From Candidatus Sericytochromatia bacterium (GTDB lineage Bacteria > Cyanobacteriota > Sericytochromatia > S15B-MN24 > UBA4093): 64,000 nucleotides of DNA. Under the pieces are notes generated by a model. It was not told the DNA's origin and made no database searches. It saw only the letters and a program-made list of their open reading frames with translations. Positions 30,782 through 44,536 of the stretch are shown one piece after another. Every line of letters starts with the position of its first letter. Positions within the stretch are counted from its first letter, which is position 1. The stretch covers positions 76,450 through 140,449 of the forward strand of contig JAKFBU010000004.1 in NCBI GenBank assembly GCA_036676985.1, read 5' to 3'. The translations under genes were made by a program, and so were the position numbers.

Positions 30782-31684
30782 TTGTCACAGCACGCGTTCA
30801 AGCTCGCGCAGGCCGGACACGAGGCGGCCCCGGCCGCCGGTCACGGCGCCGACGCGGCAGCAGGCCATGCGGCAGCCGCCGCGGGGCACGCCGCCGAAGC
30901 CGCCGGCCACGGGGCCGGTCACGCCGCCGAGGGCGGCATCCAGCTCGGGGTGCACTGGGCCCAGCACACCCCCTGGGGCGTCGTCCACGTCGACACGATC
31001 CTTTCGACCGTCGTCGCCATGCTCGTCGCTATCCTGGTCTTCGGCCTGCTGGGTCGCGCCGTCACCATGCGGCCCGCATCCAGCAAGGTCAAGCGCGCAA
31101 CGGCCATCGAGGCGGTGGTCGAGTTCATCCAGAAGATCCTCACCGACTTCATCGGTCACGGAGCGAGCAAGTACCTCTGGTTCATCGGCTCGCTGTTCGT
31201 CTTCATCGTGACCGCCAACTGGCTCGGCCTCCTGCCCTGGCGGGCATGGGAGCTCGCCGGGCTCGGCGAGGCCGCCGCGCACGGCCTGGGGCTCAACGCC
31301 CCGCACGGGCTGGTCTATCACGCTCCGACCGCGGACCTCAACACCACCGCCGCTCTGGCCATCCTGAGCCTGGTGATGTACTGGGTCTCCGGCATCCGGG
31401 CCAACGGCGTGGTCGGCTTCATCGGCCACCACTGGTTCGCCAAGCCGTGGGCCCTCTTTCCCCTGCGGATGCTCGAGGACATCACCCGTCCTCTCTCGCT
31501 CGCGCTTCGTCTGTTCGCCAACATCGTGGCGGGCCACGTCGTGGGCCTCATCCTCCTGGGCATGGCCTACGTCGGGGCAGCCGCCCTGTTGCCGCTCGAG
31601 CTCTTCGTCGGCGCGATTCAAGGCTTCATCTTCGCGACCCTGTCGGCGTCCTATATCGGGGCCGCCGTGGCAGAGCACCACTAG
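30782..31684 (+). CDS. atpB: F0 subunit a
   Basis: NWLGLLP, PTADLNTT, RPLSLALRLFAN, IQGFIF; His/Ala-rich N-terminus. Confidence 0.95.
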   Translation: MSQHAFKLAQAGHEAAPAAGHGADAAAGHAAAAAGHAAEAAGHGAGHAAEGGIQLGVHWAQHTPWGVVHVDTILSTVVAMLVAILVFGLLGRAVTMRPASSKVKRATAIEAVVEFIQKILTDFIGHGASKYLWFIGSLFVFIVTANWLGLLPWRAWELAGLGEAAAHGLGLNAPHGLVYHAPTADLNTTAALAILSLVMYWVSGIRANGVVGFIGHHWFAKPWALFPLRMLEDITRPLSLALRLFANIVAGHVVGLILLGMAYVGAAALLPLELFVGAIQGFIFATLSASYIGAAVAEHH

Positions 31685-31698
31685 GATTTCTCGTCTAG

Positions 31699-32049
<351 letters not shown>

Positions 32050-32122
32050 TCGGGAAGCCGGGACGGCCGAGGGCTGTCCCGGCGCCCCTTTTTTCGGTTT
32101 TCTGGAATAGGAGAGTTCCTCG

Positions 32123-32581
32123 ATGCTGGACTTGAATCTGACCTTGCTGATTCAGATGGCCTTGTTCCTGGTGTTCGCCGGGATCATGAACGCCATCTTC
32201 TTCAAGCCGGTCACCAAGGTCCTCGAGGAGCGCCGGGCCTACGTCGCAGGCAAGCACGCCCAGGCCAAGCAGGATCTCGACCAGATCCAGGCGCTCCAGC
32301 AGGATTACGAGACCCGCATGAAGGCCGCGCGGGTCGAGGCGCAGGAAGCCGTGTCGGCTGCCGTCGCCGAGGCCGAGAGCAAGCGTCAGGCCCTCCTGAC
32401 GTCGGTCAAGGCCGAAGTCGGAGCGCAGATCGAGAGCGCCCGCCAGTCCATCCGGACCGAGCGCGACGCCGCCCTCAACGAACTGTCGGGTGACGTCTCC
32501 GCCTTGGCCAACCTCATCGCTCGCAAGGCGGGTGCCGAGCCCGCTGCTGTTTCCGCCACCCGCGGAGGGAACGAGGCATGA
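32123..32581 (+). CDS. F0 subunit b'
   Basis: DLNLTLLIQ...FFKPV..VLEER, coiled coil. Confidence 0.9.
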   Translation: MLDLNLTLLIQMALFLVFAGIMNAIFFKPVTKVLEERRAYVAGKHAQAKQDLDQIQALQQDYETRMKAARVEAQEAVSAAVAEAESKRQALLTSVKAEVGAQIESARQSIRTERDAALNELSGDVSALANLIARKAGAEPAAVSATRGGNEA

Positions 32582-33078
32582 ACGCGATCGTCCTTCAGAC
32601 CTTCTTTGCCGTCTTCAACTTCGTCTTAATCGCCTTCGTGCTCTACAAGTTCGCGGGCCCCATGGTCGCCAAGACCCTGCGGGAGCGCAACGAGGCGAAC
32701 CGTCTGGCCCTCGAGGCCGCCGAGGCCGCCCAGGCCAAGGCCGAAACGGAGCTCGCCGAGTTCCGCACCCGCCTCGCCAACGTCGAGCAGGAGCTCGCCG
32801 CGATCGTCTCGAGCGCCAAGAACAACGCCGCCCTGGTGGCCAAGGACATCGAGTCGACGGCCGGCACCGATGCCCAGCGCCTGCGTGACCACGCCAAGCT
32901 CGAGATCGAGCGCGAGAAGAGCCTCGCCCAGCAGACCATCCGGGTCACCTTGCTGCAGCGGGCCCTCGACGAGGCCGAAGCCGAGCTGCGCCGCCAGATG
33001 GGTCCCGACCTCCAGCGTCAGCTGGTGTCGCGCTTCATCCAGAAAGTGGGAGACGGATCATGCCCAATCACTCTGTAG
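32578..33078 (+). CDS. atpF: F0 subunit b
   Basis: FNFVLIAFVLYKF..P...LRER, coiled coil. Confidence 0.9.
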   Translation: MNAIVLQTFFAVFNFVLIAFVLYKFAGPMVAKTLRERNEANRLALEAAEAAQAKAETELAEFRTRLANVEQELAAIVSSAKNNAALVAKDIESTAGTDAQRLRDHAKLEIEREKSLAQQTIRVTLLQRALDEAEAELRRQMGPDLQRQLVSRFIQKVGDGSCPITL

Positions 33079-33593
33079 CCCAACGTTACGCCGACGCCCT
33101 CTTCCAGGTCGCCGAGGCGCAGGGCAACCTCGACAAGGTGGACCAGGACCTGGCGGCGATCGCCCAGATCCTCTCCGACCACCCCGACCTCACCCGCCTG
33201 TGGGAGAGCGCGGTGGTCTCCACCGAGGACAAGAAGTCCATCGTCAAGCAGCTCTTCGAGGGCAAGATCGAGCCCATCACGTACAACACGCTGCTCTTGA
33301 TGTTCGACAAGCAGCGCGGAGGCAGCATCGGTCAGGTGCAGCACGCCTTCCGCGAGCGTTACAACGCCTTCCGTAAGCGCCTCAAGGTGACCGTCCGGAC
33401 CGTGCTGCCCATGGCCTCCGACGAGACCGAGGAGCTCCGCCGCGTGCTGGCCCAGGCGACCGCGCGGGAAATCGAGATGGAGGCCACCATCGACCCCGAC
33501 CTGATCGGCGGCATCGTGGTCAAGGTCGGCGACAAGGTTATCGACAACAGCCTGCGGGGGCGCCTCGAAGCGCTCGCTCGCACCCTGGCTTAA
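33060..33593 (+). CDS. atpH: F1 subunit delta
   Basis: VAQRYADALF, DPDLIGGIVVKVGDKVIDNS. Confidence 0.95.
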   Translation: MPNHSVAQRYADALFQVAEAQGNLDKVDQDLAAIAQILSDHPDLTRLWESAVVSTEDKKSIVKQLFEGKIEPITYNTLLLMFDKQRGGSIGQVQHAFRERYNAFRKRLKVTVRTVLPMASDETEELRRVLAQATAREIEMEATIDPDLIGGIVVKVGDKVIDNSLRGRLEALARTLA

Positions 33594-33614
33594 AACTAGG
33601 AAAGAGGAGCAGCC

Positions 33615-35132
<1,518 letters not shown>

Positions 35133-35144
35133 GAAAGGTTCGCC

Positions 35145-36023
35145 ATGCCGCTTAACGCAAAAGAAATCCGGCGGCGGATCAAGGGGGTTGCGAGCACTCG
35201 TCAGATCACCAAGGCGATGGAGATGGTCGCGGCGGCGAAGGTCCGCCGCGCCCTGGGTCGGGCCACCGCGGCCCGCCCCTACTCGCAGGGGATCAAGGAC
35301 CTGTTCGCGACCGTGACCTCCTACTTGCCCGCCGGTGAGCTCAACAGCAAGCTGTTGGTCCGCCGCGACGTCAAGAAGGTCGCCATCGTCATCCTGACCT
35401 CGGACAAGGGTCTGGCGGGCGCCTTCAACTCCAACGTCATCCGTGCGGCGGTCAGCCGCGTCCGGGAGTGGAAGGCCAAGGGCGCCGAGCCCCAGCTCGT
35501 CATCGTGGGCACCAAGGGCGTCAACTTCTTCCGCCACTCGAACTTCGAGGTGGTCTCGCGCTACCAGAACCTGCCGGCCATCCCGACCTTCGTCGAGGCC
35601 AGCGTCGTCGCCGAAGAGGTCACCAAGCTCTACGCCGAGGGCGCGGTGGACAAGGTGGAGCTCGTCTACACGCAGTTCCACTCCATGCTCCGCTACACCC
35701 CGGAGGTCATGGACCTGTTGCCGGCGAGCCTGCCGGAGACGGCCGCGACGACCTCGTCCCAGCGGGAGTACCTCTTCGAGCCGTCGGCGGAAGCCATGGT
35801 CGAGGAGCTCATCCCCAAGTACCTCGAGACCGTGGTGTACCAGGGCATGCTGGAGAGCGCGAGCTCGTTCTTCGCCAGCCAGATGAACGCCATGAGCAAC
35901 GCCTCGAAGAACGCGGGCGAGATGATCCAGCACCTGACGCTGGTCCTGAACAAGGCCCGTCAGGGCGCCATCACCCAGGAGATCCTCGAGGTCGTGGGCG
36001 GTGCTGAGGCCCTCAAGGCCTAA
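35145..36023 (+). CDS. atpG: F1 subunit gamma
   Basis: ITKAMEMVAAAK, SDKGLAGAFN, NKARQGAITQEI. Confidence 0.97.
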   Translation: MPLNAKEIRRRIKGVASTRQITKAMEMVAAAKVRRALGRATAARPYSQGIKDLFATVTSYLPAGELNSKLLVRRDVKKVAIVILTSDKGLAGAFNSNVIRAAVSRVREWKAKGAEPQLVIVGTKGVNFFRHSNFEVVSRYQNLPAIPTFVEASVVAEEVTKLYAEGAVDKVELVYTQFHSMLRYTPEVMDLLPASLPETAATTSSQREYLFEPSAEAMVEELIPKYLETVVYQGMLESASSFFASQMNAMSNASKNAGEMIQHLTLVLNKARQGAITQEILEVVGGAEALKA

Positions 36024-36065
36024 CCGTTCGATGCCAGTAACTCGGATTTTTTAAGGAGTACATAA

Positions 36066-37493
<1,428 letters not shown>

Positions 37494-37496
37494 GCC

Positions 37497-37904
37497 ATGC
37501 CGTTCAAGCTCGAAATCATCTCACCCGACCGGGTGGTCTACTCCGAGAACGCGGACTTCATCGCGGTGCGCGGCGTCGAGGGGGAGCTGGGCATCCTGCC
37601 CGGCCACACCCCCCTCTTCACCAAGCTCGAACCCGAGGTGATGACCGTTCATCAAGGGGGTAAACAAGAGATCGTGGCGGTCATGGGCGGCTTCCTGGAT
37701 GTTCAGCCTGACAAGGTGACCATCCTGACGGACGCCGCGGAGCGCGCGAGCGAGATCGATGCGGTCCGGGCCAAGCAGGCCAAGGAGCGCGCCGAGATCC
37801 AGGCGGCCAAGGTCAAGGACACCACGACCGAGGCGGCCCTGCTCCGAGCGATCGTCCGTCTGCGGGCCGTCGAGCTCGTCGGCGGCGCGAAGGTGATGCG
37901 CTAG
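37497..37904 (+). CDS. atpC: F1 subunit epsilon
   Basis: GELGILPGH, GGFLDV. Confidence 0.96.
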   Translation: MPFKLEIISPDRVVYSENADFIAVRGVEGELGILPGHTPLFTKLEPEVMTVHQGGKQEIVAVMGGFLDVQPDKVTILTDAAERASEIDAVRAKQAKERAEIQAAKVKDTTTEAALLRAIVRLRAVELVGGAKVMR

Positions 37905-37931
37905 TCCGGATCCTCTTTGAAGGAGAACCAC

Positions 37932-39584
37932 TTGAATAGTCTCAAGTTGGCGGCTTCTGTCGGCTTGGCCCTGCTCCTCACGGGGCAGGGCCTCGCCGTG
38001 CAAGCAGCCGAGTCCAATACCGTGGAGCTGACGTTGCTCAGCACCACCGACGTGCACGGCCACGTCTGGCCCACGACCTACTACACGGACCAGGAGAAGG
38101 CGATGGGCCTCGCCAAGGTCTACACCCTGGTCAAGAAGTTCCGGGCCGAGAACAAGCACACCTTGCTGGTGGACTCCGGGGACATGCTGCAGGGCTCGCC
38201 CCTGCCGTACGTCCAGGCCAAGGTCCAGGGCGGCAAGGGCGCCAACCCGATGATCCAGGCCATGAACGCCATGGGCTACGACGTCTTCGGGGTGGGCAAC
38301 CACGACTTCAACTTCGGCATCCCGCACCTGCGCAAGGCCGAGGCGGAGGCGAAGTTCCCGTTCGTCGTCTCCAACATCTACAAAGCAGGCACCCAGGAGC
38401 CCTTCTTCAAGCCCTTCGTCATCAAGGACCTGGGCGGGGTCAAGGTGGGCGTCATCGGCTTCGCGCCTCCGGGCATCGTGCTCTGGGACAAGGCGCACGT
38501 GGGGGGCAAGATCGAGGTGGTCAGCCTGCTGGCTGCCGCCGAGCGCTGGATCCCCGAGCTAAAGCGCCAGGGCGCGGACGTGATCGTGGCGGTTCCGCAC
38601 GCGGGCCTCGGGGGCAAGTACGGCCCCGAGTACTCGGGCTACTCGCCCGCCTCGGGCCTGCCGCCCGAGAACGTGGGCATGCGCCTCGCGTCGGCGTTCC
38701 CCGAGATCGACGTCATGTTCACGGGCCACAGCCACCAGGAGATCAAGAGCGAGAACATCAACGGCGTGGCGATCGCCCAGGCCAAGATGTGGGCCGAGCG
38801 CATGGCCATGGCCAAGGTCAAGCTCGTGAAGGAGGGCGGCAAGTGGAAGGTGGTCGCGAAGTCCACCGACGTGCTGAACCTCGAGCAGGTCGCCCCCGCA
38901 CCCGAGGTGCTCAAGGCGACCCAGGCCGCGCACGACGCGACGGTGGCCTACGTCCACTCGCCCATCGCGCGCACGGCGGTCGACTGGTCCGCCAAGGACA
39001 GCATCCTGAACGACTCGCCCATCATCGACCTGATCAACGAGGTCCAGCGCTCGGCGACCGGCGCGCAGCTCGCCTCTGCGGCGAGCTTCAACCTGGACGC
39101 CGTGCTCAAGAAGGGTGAGATCACCATCGCGGACATCGCCGCACTCTACCCCTACGAGAACGGGATGGTGGCCATCCAGGTGACGGGCAAGCAGCTCAAG
39201 GAGTACCTGGAGCACTCGGCCCGCTACTTCCTCGGCTACGAGGGGACGAGCCTCAAGCTCAACCCGGAGATCCGCGCCTACAACTACGACATGGTCTCGG
39301 GCGTCGACTACCAGATCGACGTGACGCAGCCGGTCGGCGCGCGCATCGTGGGCCTCAGCTACCAGGGCAAGCCGGTGACGGACGCCCAGACGTTCACCAT
39401 GGCCATCAACTCCTACCGTCAGGGCGGAGGCGGCGGCTACGAGATGCTCAAGGACTGCCCGGTCATCTACGATCGGCAGGAGAGCATCCGGGAGCTCATC
39501 ATCGAGTACCTGAAGCAGAAGCAGAAGGTGGATCCCAAGGACGTCTTCAAGAAGAACTGGGAGCTCTTGCCCGCCGGCAAGTAG
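37932..39584 (+). CDS. cpdB: 2',3'-cyclic-nucleotide phosphodiesterase / 5'-nucleotidase
   Basis: Signal peptide, TDVHG, DSGD, GNHDFN, GHSH, LYPYEN, NSYR. Confidence 0.88.
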   Translation: MNSLKLAASVGLALLLTGQGLAVQAAESNTVELTLLSTTDVHGHVWPTTYYTDQEKAMGLAKVYTLVKKFRAENKHTLLVDSGDMLQGSPLPYVQAKVQGGKGANPMIQAMNAMGYDVFGVGNHDFNFGIPHLRKAEAEAKFPFVVSNIYKAGTQEPFFKPFVIKDLGGVKVGVIGFAPPGIVLWDKAHVGGKIEVVSLLAAAERWIPELKRQGADVIVAVPHAGLGGKYGPEYSGYSPASGLPPENVGMRLASAFPEIDVMFTGHSHQEIKSENINGVAIAQAKMWAERMAMAKVKLVKEGGKWKVVAKSTDVLNLEQVAPAPEVLKATQAAHDATVAYVHSPIARTAVDWSAKDSILNDSPIIDLINEVQRSATGAQLASAASFNLDAVLKKGEITIADIAALYPYENGMVAIQVTGKQLKEYLEHSARYFLGYEGTSLKLNPEIRAYNYDMVSGVDYQIDVTQPVGARIVGLSYQGKPVTDAQTFTMAINSYRQGGGGGYEMLKDCPVIYDRQESIRELIIEYLKQKQKVDPKDVFKKNWELLPAGK

Positions 39585-39761
39585 CACCCGATTCCCTCGG
39601 AGGGCTCCGCCACTGGCGGAGCCCTTCGTCCATCAAGGGTGCGCACAATCCCCACGGCTTCAACGTGCCACGCCCTCCCGGTCCGGGTATCATGCCGATG
39701 GCTCATTGGCCGTCTGCCCGCCATTTGCGTGGCGGGACGGCCCGCTCGAAAGGCTATCGAC

Positions 39762-40307
39762 ATGGGGTCTGCCACACACCGCGCCAACGGCTTCACGCTC
39801 ATCGAGGTGAGCCTCGCGATCGTCATCGGGCTCGTCCTGCTCGCGGGAACCGTCGTCCTGTACCAGCAGATCAAGATCTCGGCCGGCGACTCGAAGGCCA
39901 AGGAGAAGGTCATGGCGGCCGCAGCCGTGGTCGAAGAGCTGAACGCGCAGCTCGGCGTCTACCCCGATCGCTTCCAGCTGCGTGCCCGCTGGGGCAGCGT
40001 GAGGCCGGACTGGAACCTCAGCCCCTGGGGCGGATCGGTCGGGAGCAACGTCTCGGGGGATGCCTTCAAGGGGATCGAGGGCGTGTCCCTGGCGCCCGCC
40101 AGCTTCACCGATCCCTGGTACGCCGACAACTACCGGAGCGCCAACTACGTGGGTGGCCTCGGCTATGCCGTGGGGACCGCCGCCGAGACCAAGCAGGTGA
40201 TGGACCTCGTCTCCGGCCAGACCCTCACCTTCCAGGGCTACGTTCTCGCCATCTGGAACCAGCAGGGGCGCGATCCCTGCTTTCCCACCGGCGGAGCCAG
40301 GCGCTAG
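39762..40307 (+). CDS. Type IV pilin-like protein
   Basis: Class III signal G|FTLIE followed by a hydrophobic helix. Confidence 0.85.
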   Translation: MGSATHRANGFTLIEVSLAIVIGLVLLAGTVVLYQQIKISAGDSKAKEKVMAAAAVVEELNAQLGVYPDRFQLRARWGSVRPDWNLSPWGGSVGSNVSGDAFKGIEGVSLAPASFTDPWYADNYRSANYVGGLGYAVGTAAETKQVMDLVSGQTLTFQGYVLAIWNQQGRDPCFPTGGARR

Positions 40308-40894
40308 CGCTCGGGGCGTCGGAAGCCTTTCGATTGGCCCGTCCGACGGGGACGCCGAACGGGAGCGGCCGGGCTCGGGGCGGGTAACCTGATGCCCGCG
40401 GCCAAGAGCCCCAGGGCGCAGCCCATCAAGATGGCGAGCGTCCCAAGTAGGCGGAAGCCGCCCGAGACGATGGGCGTCGCCCAGAGCATGTTCAGGGTGC
40501 CCAGCATGTAGTTCCAGTCGTGGATGCGATCGCCCGCCCCGAACAAGGGCAGGGCCTGGGCGACGGCGTCTCCCGAGTACACCGAGCAGTAGAGCAGGCT
40601 GTTGCCCAGCCAGAGCCACATGAGCGCGCTCGAGAAGGGCTGGCCCTGCCGCAGGAACGACACGATGAAGGCCGCTGGCACGATGAGCTGGATGAGGGTG
40701 CCGCCCGCCATGCCCATGAACTCGCCGAAGATCCCGAAGAGCGGGTGCCCGGCCTCGTGGACGATGAGCGTGAAGCTATCCAGCAGGTCCCACTTGGTGG
40801 GCGTGAAGACGGCGCGCAGGAAGTAGAGGCCGGCGACGATCGTCACGCCGGCCTTGAGCCAATCGGGGCTGCTGGTGGCTTCGCGGGTCGACAT
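40304..40894 (-). CDS. Membrane protein with HExxH (M50-like peptidase)
   Basis: VHEAGH, AGGTLIQ, HDWNYML; multiple TM segments. Confidence 0.75.
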   Translation of the reverse strand: MSTREATSSPDWLKAGVTIVAGLYFLRAVFTPTKWDLLDSFTLIVHEAGHPLFGIFGEFMGMAGGTLIQLIVPAAFIVSFLRQGQPFSSALMWLWLGNSLLYCSVYSGDAVAQALPLFGAGDRIHDWNYMLGTLNMLWATPIVSGGFRLLGTLAILMGCALGLLAAGIRLPAPSPAAPVRRPRRTGQSKGFRRPER

Positions 40895-41001
40895 GGGCTA
40901 CCTCCTGAAAGCTACTTGCTGCATACCCGGGCGCTCGCCGCCTCAAGCGAGGTTCGAGCCCGGGTGGGGTATAGAACCCTTGGTCGCCTAAGGAGGTTTC
41001 C

Positions 41002-41790
41002 ATGCAGATTAGTGGCTCAGGCTCCGTCTCCTCCGTTCGGCAGAAGTCCGCCGAGACGGCCCCCATGGAAACGACCAAGCCCTCCAGTGGGGCGCCGACG
41101 GACCGCTTCGCGAGCTCCGTCCAGAAGAAGCAACTCGACGTGCCCCTGCTCTATCAGTACACGGGCAGCGACCAAAACGCCTGTGGCACGACGAGCCTCG
41201 CGATGATCATGCAATTCCTCGGCAAGAAGGTGAGTCGCCAGGAGATCGACCAGAAGATTCGCCCCGTCGACGGCCCCACGGCGCCGGACGACGTGGTCGA
41301 GTACGCCCGTGCCCAGGGCTTCAACGCCGAGATGTACAACAAGGGCTCGGTGGAGGAGATCAAGAAGTTCCTCGACCGCGGCATCCCCGTGCAGGCACTC
41401 ATCGACCCGGACGTGGGCAGCGACACGACCCTCCACTACGTCGTCGTCACCGGCTACGAGACCGATCCGAAGACCGGCAAGACCAACCTCCTCATCAACA
41501 ACCCCGCTCGTCTTGAGCCTCAGCGCATGGACGAGGACGAGTTCAACCAGCGCTGGGGCGATCTCAATGTCCTGGGGGTCGGCACCGGCGTCGATCGCTT
41601 CTTCATGGCGATCGCCCCCAAGTCGGAGGAGCTGCCGCCTTCGCGCCGGGACGGCGCCCGGTTCTCCCTGGGCGTCTTCGAGGCCATCGGCGTCGGCGAA
41701 AAGGTCGTCGATACCGCCTCCGATGCCTGGAGCTCGGTCAAGAGCACCGCGTCCAGCGCATGGAACAAGGTCAAGGGCTGGTTCAGCTAG
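41002..41790 (+). CDS. C39-like cysteine peptidase
   Basis: VPLLYQ...NACG, HYVVVTGY, INNPA; AAGGAGG RBS. Confidence 0.85.
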   Translation: MQISGSGSVSSVRQKSAETAPMETTKPSSGAPTDRFASSVQKKQLDVPLLYQYTGSDQNACGTTSLAMIMQFLGKKVSRQEIDQKIRPVDGPTAPDDVVEYARAQGFNAEMYNKGSVEEIKKFLDRGIPVQALIDPDVGSDTTLHYVVVTGYETDPKTGKTNLLINNPARLEPQRMDEDEFNQRWGDLNVLGVGTGVDRFFMAIAPKSEELPPSRRDGARFSLGVFEAIGVGEKVVDTASDAWSSVKSTASSAWNKVKGWFS

Positions 41791-41805
41791 CTCTCCAACG
41801 CGACG

Positions 41806-41832
41806 CGGCCCGCCCCATCGGGGCGGGCCGCT
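41806..41832. terminator. Hairpin between convergent genes
   Basis: GCGGCCCGCCCC-atc-GGGGCGGGCCGC. Confidence 0.7.
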
Positions 41833-41846
41833 CTGTTTTCAGGGGG

Positions 41847-43007
41847 CTAGCGGACCTGGATGTCGCCGCTCACGCTCGAGAAGGTGAGCGGCGCGGTGCC
41901 GCCCGCGAGCTTGCCCTTGGCATGCCGCTTGCCGAGGATGGCGTCCTCCAGGCCGAGGCTCAGCTGCAGGTCGCCGCTGCGGGTCGAGGCGTCCACGTAG
42001 CCCGACGAGCCCGGCTGGAGCTGGACCTTGAGGTCGCCCGAGGTGCTGTTGGCCGTGATGGCCGAGCTGGTCTCGGCGCGCAGCTCGATGTCGCCGCTGA
42101 TGGTCTTGAGGCGCAGCTCGGCCGAGAGGCGGCCGCTCACCTCGATGTCGCCGCTCACCGTCGAGAGGTCGCCCGACACCACGCCCTCGCGCAGCTGCAG
42201 GTCGCCCGACACGGTCTTCATGTCGAACTTGCCCTGGGCCTCGCTGACGCTGATGTCGCCCGAGACCGTGTTGAGGACGAGGTCGCCCGAGGCACTCTGG
42301 ACCCGCAGGTCGCCCGAGATGGTCTTGATCCGGCCGAAGCCCTTGAACTGCAGGCCCTCGAGGTGGACGTCACCGCTCACGTTGGAGACCAGCGGCAGCA
42401 GGTGGCGGGGCACCCGGCATTCGAAGTCGTAACGATGGCGCTGGAAGAAGCCCAGGGCCTTGTTGCCCGACAGCAGGGTGGGGGCTTCGAGGCGCAGCTG
42501 GCCGCCCTCGCGGATCAGGGTCGCCTGGTGGTTGGCGAAGTAGGTCGCCGCCGCCTCCCGGCTCTCCCCGGGGATGCTGGCCGTCACCTGGATCTGGACG
42601 TTGGAGCGGTCCTCGCCGATGAGCCGGACCGTGCCGTGGACGTTGTGGACGTCCAGGGTGGTGACGTCCGCGACGTCATCCCACGTGAGCGCTTGCTCGA
42701 AGCTGTAGGTGGGCTGCAGGTGGCTCTCGAGGAGGCCCAGGCCCTGGTTGAGGAAGCCCGAGAGGACCTCGACCGCACGGCCCACGCCCTTGCCGATCTT
42801 GGGCAAGTGCTCGCTGGCGACCTGCTCGGGGATCTGGTCGAACATCTGGCCCATCTTGTCGAGCACGGGGCCGACCTGGCTCGCCATCTCGCGGACGGGC
42901 TCGGGGCGGGCGGACTTGTTGAGGGCTTCGAGCAGGCTCGCGGCCTCGGTGGCGGTGATCTTGCCCTGCTCGAGCATGGTCAGGACCTTCATGCGTTCAT
43001 CAGTCAC
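41847..43007 (-). CDS. SHOCT-like + DUF4097 beta-repeat protein
   Basis: ERMKVLTMLEQGKITATEA; repeated TVSGD motifs. Confidence 0.85.
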   Translation of the reverse strand: MTDERMKVLTMLEQGKITATEAASLLEALNKSARPEPVREMASQVGPVLDKMGQMFDQIPEQVASEHLPKIGKGVGRAVEVLSGFLNQGLGLLESHLQPTYSFEQALTWDDVADVTTLDVHNVHGTVRLIGEDRSNVQIQVTASIPGESREAAATYFANHQATLIREGGQLRLEAPTLLSGNKALGFFQRHRYDFECRVPRHLLPLVSNVSGDVHLEGLQFKGFGRIKTISGDLRVQSASGDLVLNTVSGDISVSEAQGKFDMKTVSGDLQLREGVVSGDLSTVSGDIEVSGRLSAELRLKTISGDIELRAETSSAITANSTSGDLKVQLQPGSSGYVDASTRSGDLQLSLGLEDAILGKRHAKGKLAGGTAPLTFSSVSGDIQVR

Positions 43008-43383
43008 GGTTCAATTCCTCCAGGCGTGCGATCGCTTCGGATGCGCTGAGTTCGCCCCGCTCCAGGGCCGCGAGGACGTCCGCGCGGCTGGGGCTGGGGG
43101 CAGAGGGAAGCTGGGTGGCGCGGCCGAGGGCCTCGATGGTGGCTTCGAGCCGGTTGCGGACGGTGGGATAGCTGATGCCCATGACCTTCTCGACCTCGCG
43201 GATGTTGCCGCGGCAGGTGAGGAAGACCTGGACGAACTCCTGCATCTCGCTGGAGAGCTGCGCCAGGGGCGGGAGGCCGAACCGGCCGCGCACGTGCGTG
43301 GCGCACGCGGGACAGGCCAGCTCCACGACCTGGAGCGACTCGGGGCAGACGGGACAGCGGGACGGGTATTGGTTTAATTTCAT
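43000..43383 (-). CDS. DUF2089 family (zinc ribbon + HTH) protein
   Basis: CPVC..CPAC, GNIREVEK, ISYPTVRNRL. Confidence 0.88.
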   Translation of the reverse strand: MKLNQYPSRCPVCPESLQVVELACPACATHVRGRFGLPPLAQLSSEMQEFVQVFLTCRGNIREVEKVMGISYPTVRNRLEATIEALGRATQLPSAPSPSRADVLAALERGELSASEAIARLEELNRD

Positions 43384-43605
43384 ACTTGAAAATCTAAAGC
43401 ATGAAATTGAAAAAGTAAATACCCGGTTTTCGGTTTCCCGCTTCCTCTGTCGTGCGACCTGGTCGTCGGGCGTGGGGCGCCCGCGAGACGCGGATTTGCG
43501 AACGAGCTTGCGTACGAAAGCCCCGTGGACGCTGCCTTCCATCTCCTTTAGACTGGAAGTTTTTGGAGGAGACGAGTGGTTTCAAGGATTCGAGCGGGCG
43601 TCTCG

Positions 43606-44514
43606 ATGCCGATTCTGCAGCTGGTGCTCGCGACCGCCTTCTGGGGATGCCTGTTCTCAGTCGGCAAGCTGGTTTCGCCCTTTCTGCCCCCCTTCGCCCT
43701 GACGTTCGCCCGCTACGGGCTGGCGGCGCTCCTCCTCTTACCCTTCGCGTGGCGGGAGTTCGGCCGGGTCGATCGGCAGGACGTGCCTCGCCTGGTCGTC
43801 GTGGGCCTTCTGAGCAGCCTGTTCTTCAACGCCTTCTTGTTCTTCGGTCTCAAGTTCGCCCCGGCGGGCGACGCCGTCCTGGCGCCGGCGATCGTGCCCA
43901 TCCTCACGACGGCCCTGGGCGCCCTCTTCCTGCGCGAGCGCCCGTCGGGCGCCAAGGTGGCCTCGCTCGCGGTCTCGGTGGTGGGCGTGGTGCTCGTCTT
44001 CTCGGCCGCCATGCAGGGGGAGGCCGGTCCGAGCCGGCTGGTGGGCGATGTCTTGAACTTCGGCGCCGCCCTGTGCTGGAGCGGGTACCTTATCCTCTGC
44101 GCTCCCCTGGGGCTTCGCTACTCGCCGCTCTTGCTCACGAGCGTGACGTGCCTTGCGGGCACCATCGGGGGCCTGCCGTTCGCCGTCTGGGAGGGTGGGC
44201 TCGGGCGCTTCCTGGCCTTGCCCGCGGTGGCGTGGCTGGAGGTCCTCTACATCGCGGTGATGGGCAGCGTGGGGGCCTTTTTGCTCTGGAGCCGCGGCAG
44301 CCAGGCCGTGGGACCGGCGCGCGCCGCCACCTTCATGAACCTGGTGCCGATCTTCGGGCTCTTGAGCTCGATCGTGCTCCTGAAGGAGCGCCTGGGGCTC
44401 CAGCAGTTGTTCGGCATCGCGCTCGTGCTGCTCGGCGTCTGGGGGGCGACTTTCGCCTCGCGCGCGGCCCTGAGCGGCATGCGGGTGGGGGAGCCCGCGA
44501 TCGCCGGACGCTGA
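43606..44514 (+). CDS. DMT/EamA family transporter
   Basis: ~10 TM segments, two EamA repeats, FLRER, LLKERL. Confidence 0.88.
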   Translation: MPILQLVLATAFWGCLFSVGKLVSPFLPPFALTFARYGLAALLLLPFAWREFGRVDRQDVPRLVVVGLLSSLFFNAFLFFGLKFAPAGDAVLAPAIVPILTTALGALFLRERPSGAKVASLAVSVVGVVLVFSAAMQGEAGPSRLVGDVLNFGAALCWSGYLILCAPLGLRYSPLLLTSVTCLAGTIGGLPFAVWEGGLGRFLALPAVAWLEVLYIAVMGSVGAFLLWSRGSQAVGPARAATFMNLVPIFGLLSSIVLLKERLGLQQLFGIALVLLGVWGATFASRAALSGMRVGEPAIAGR

Positions 44515-44536
44515 CCTCAGAACCCATTCTTGAATC

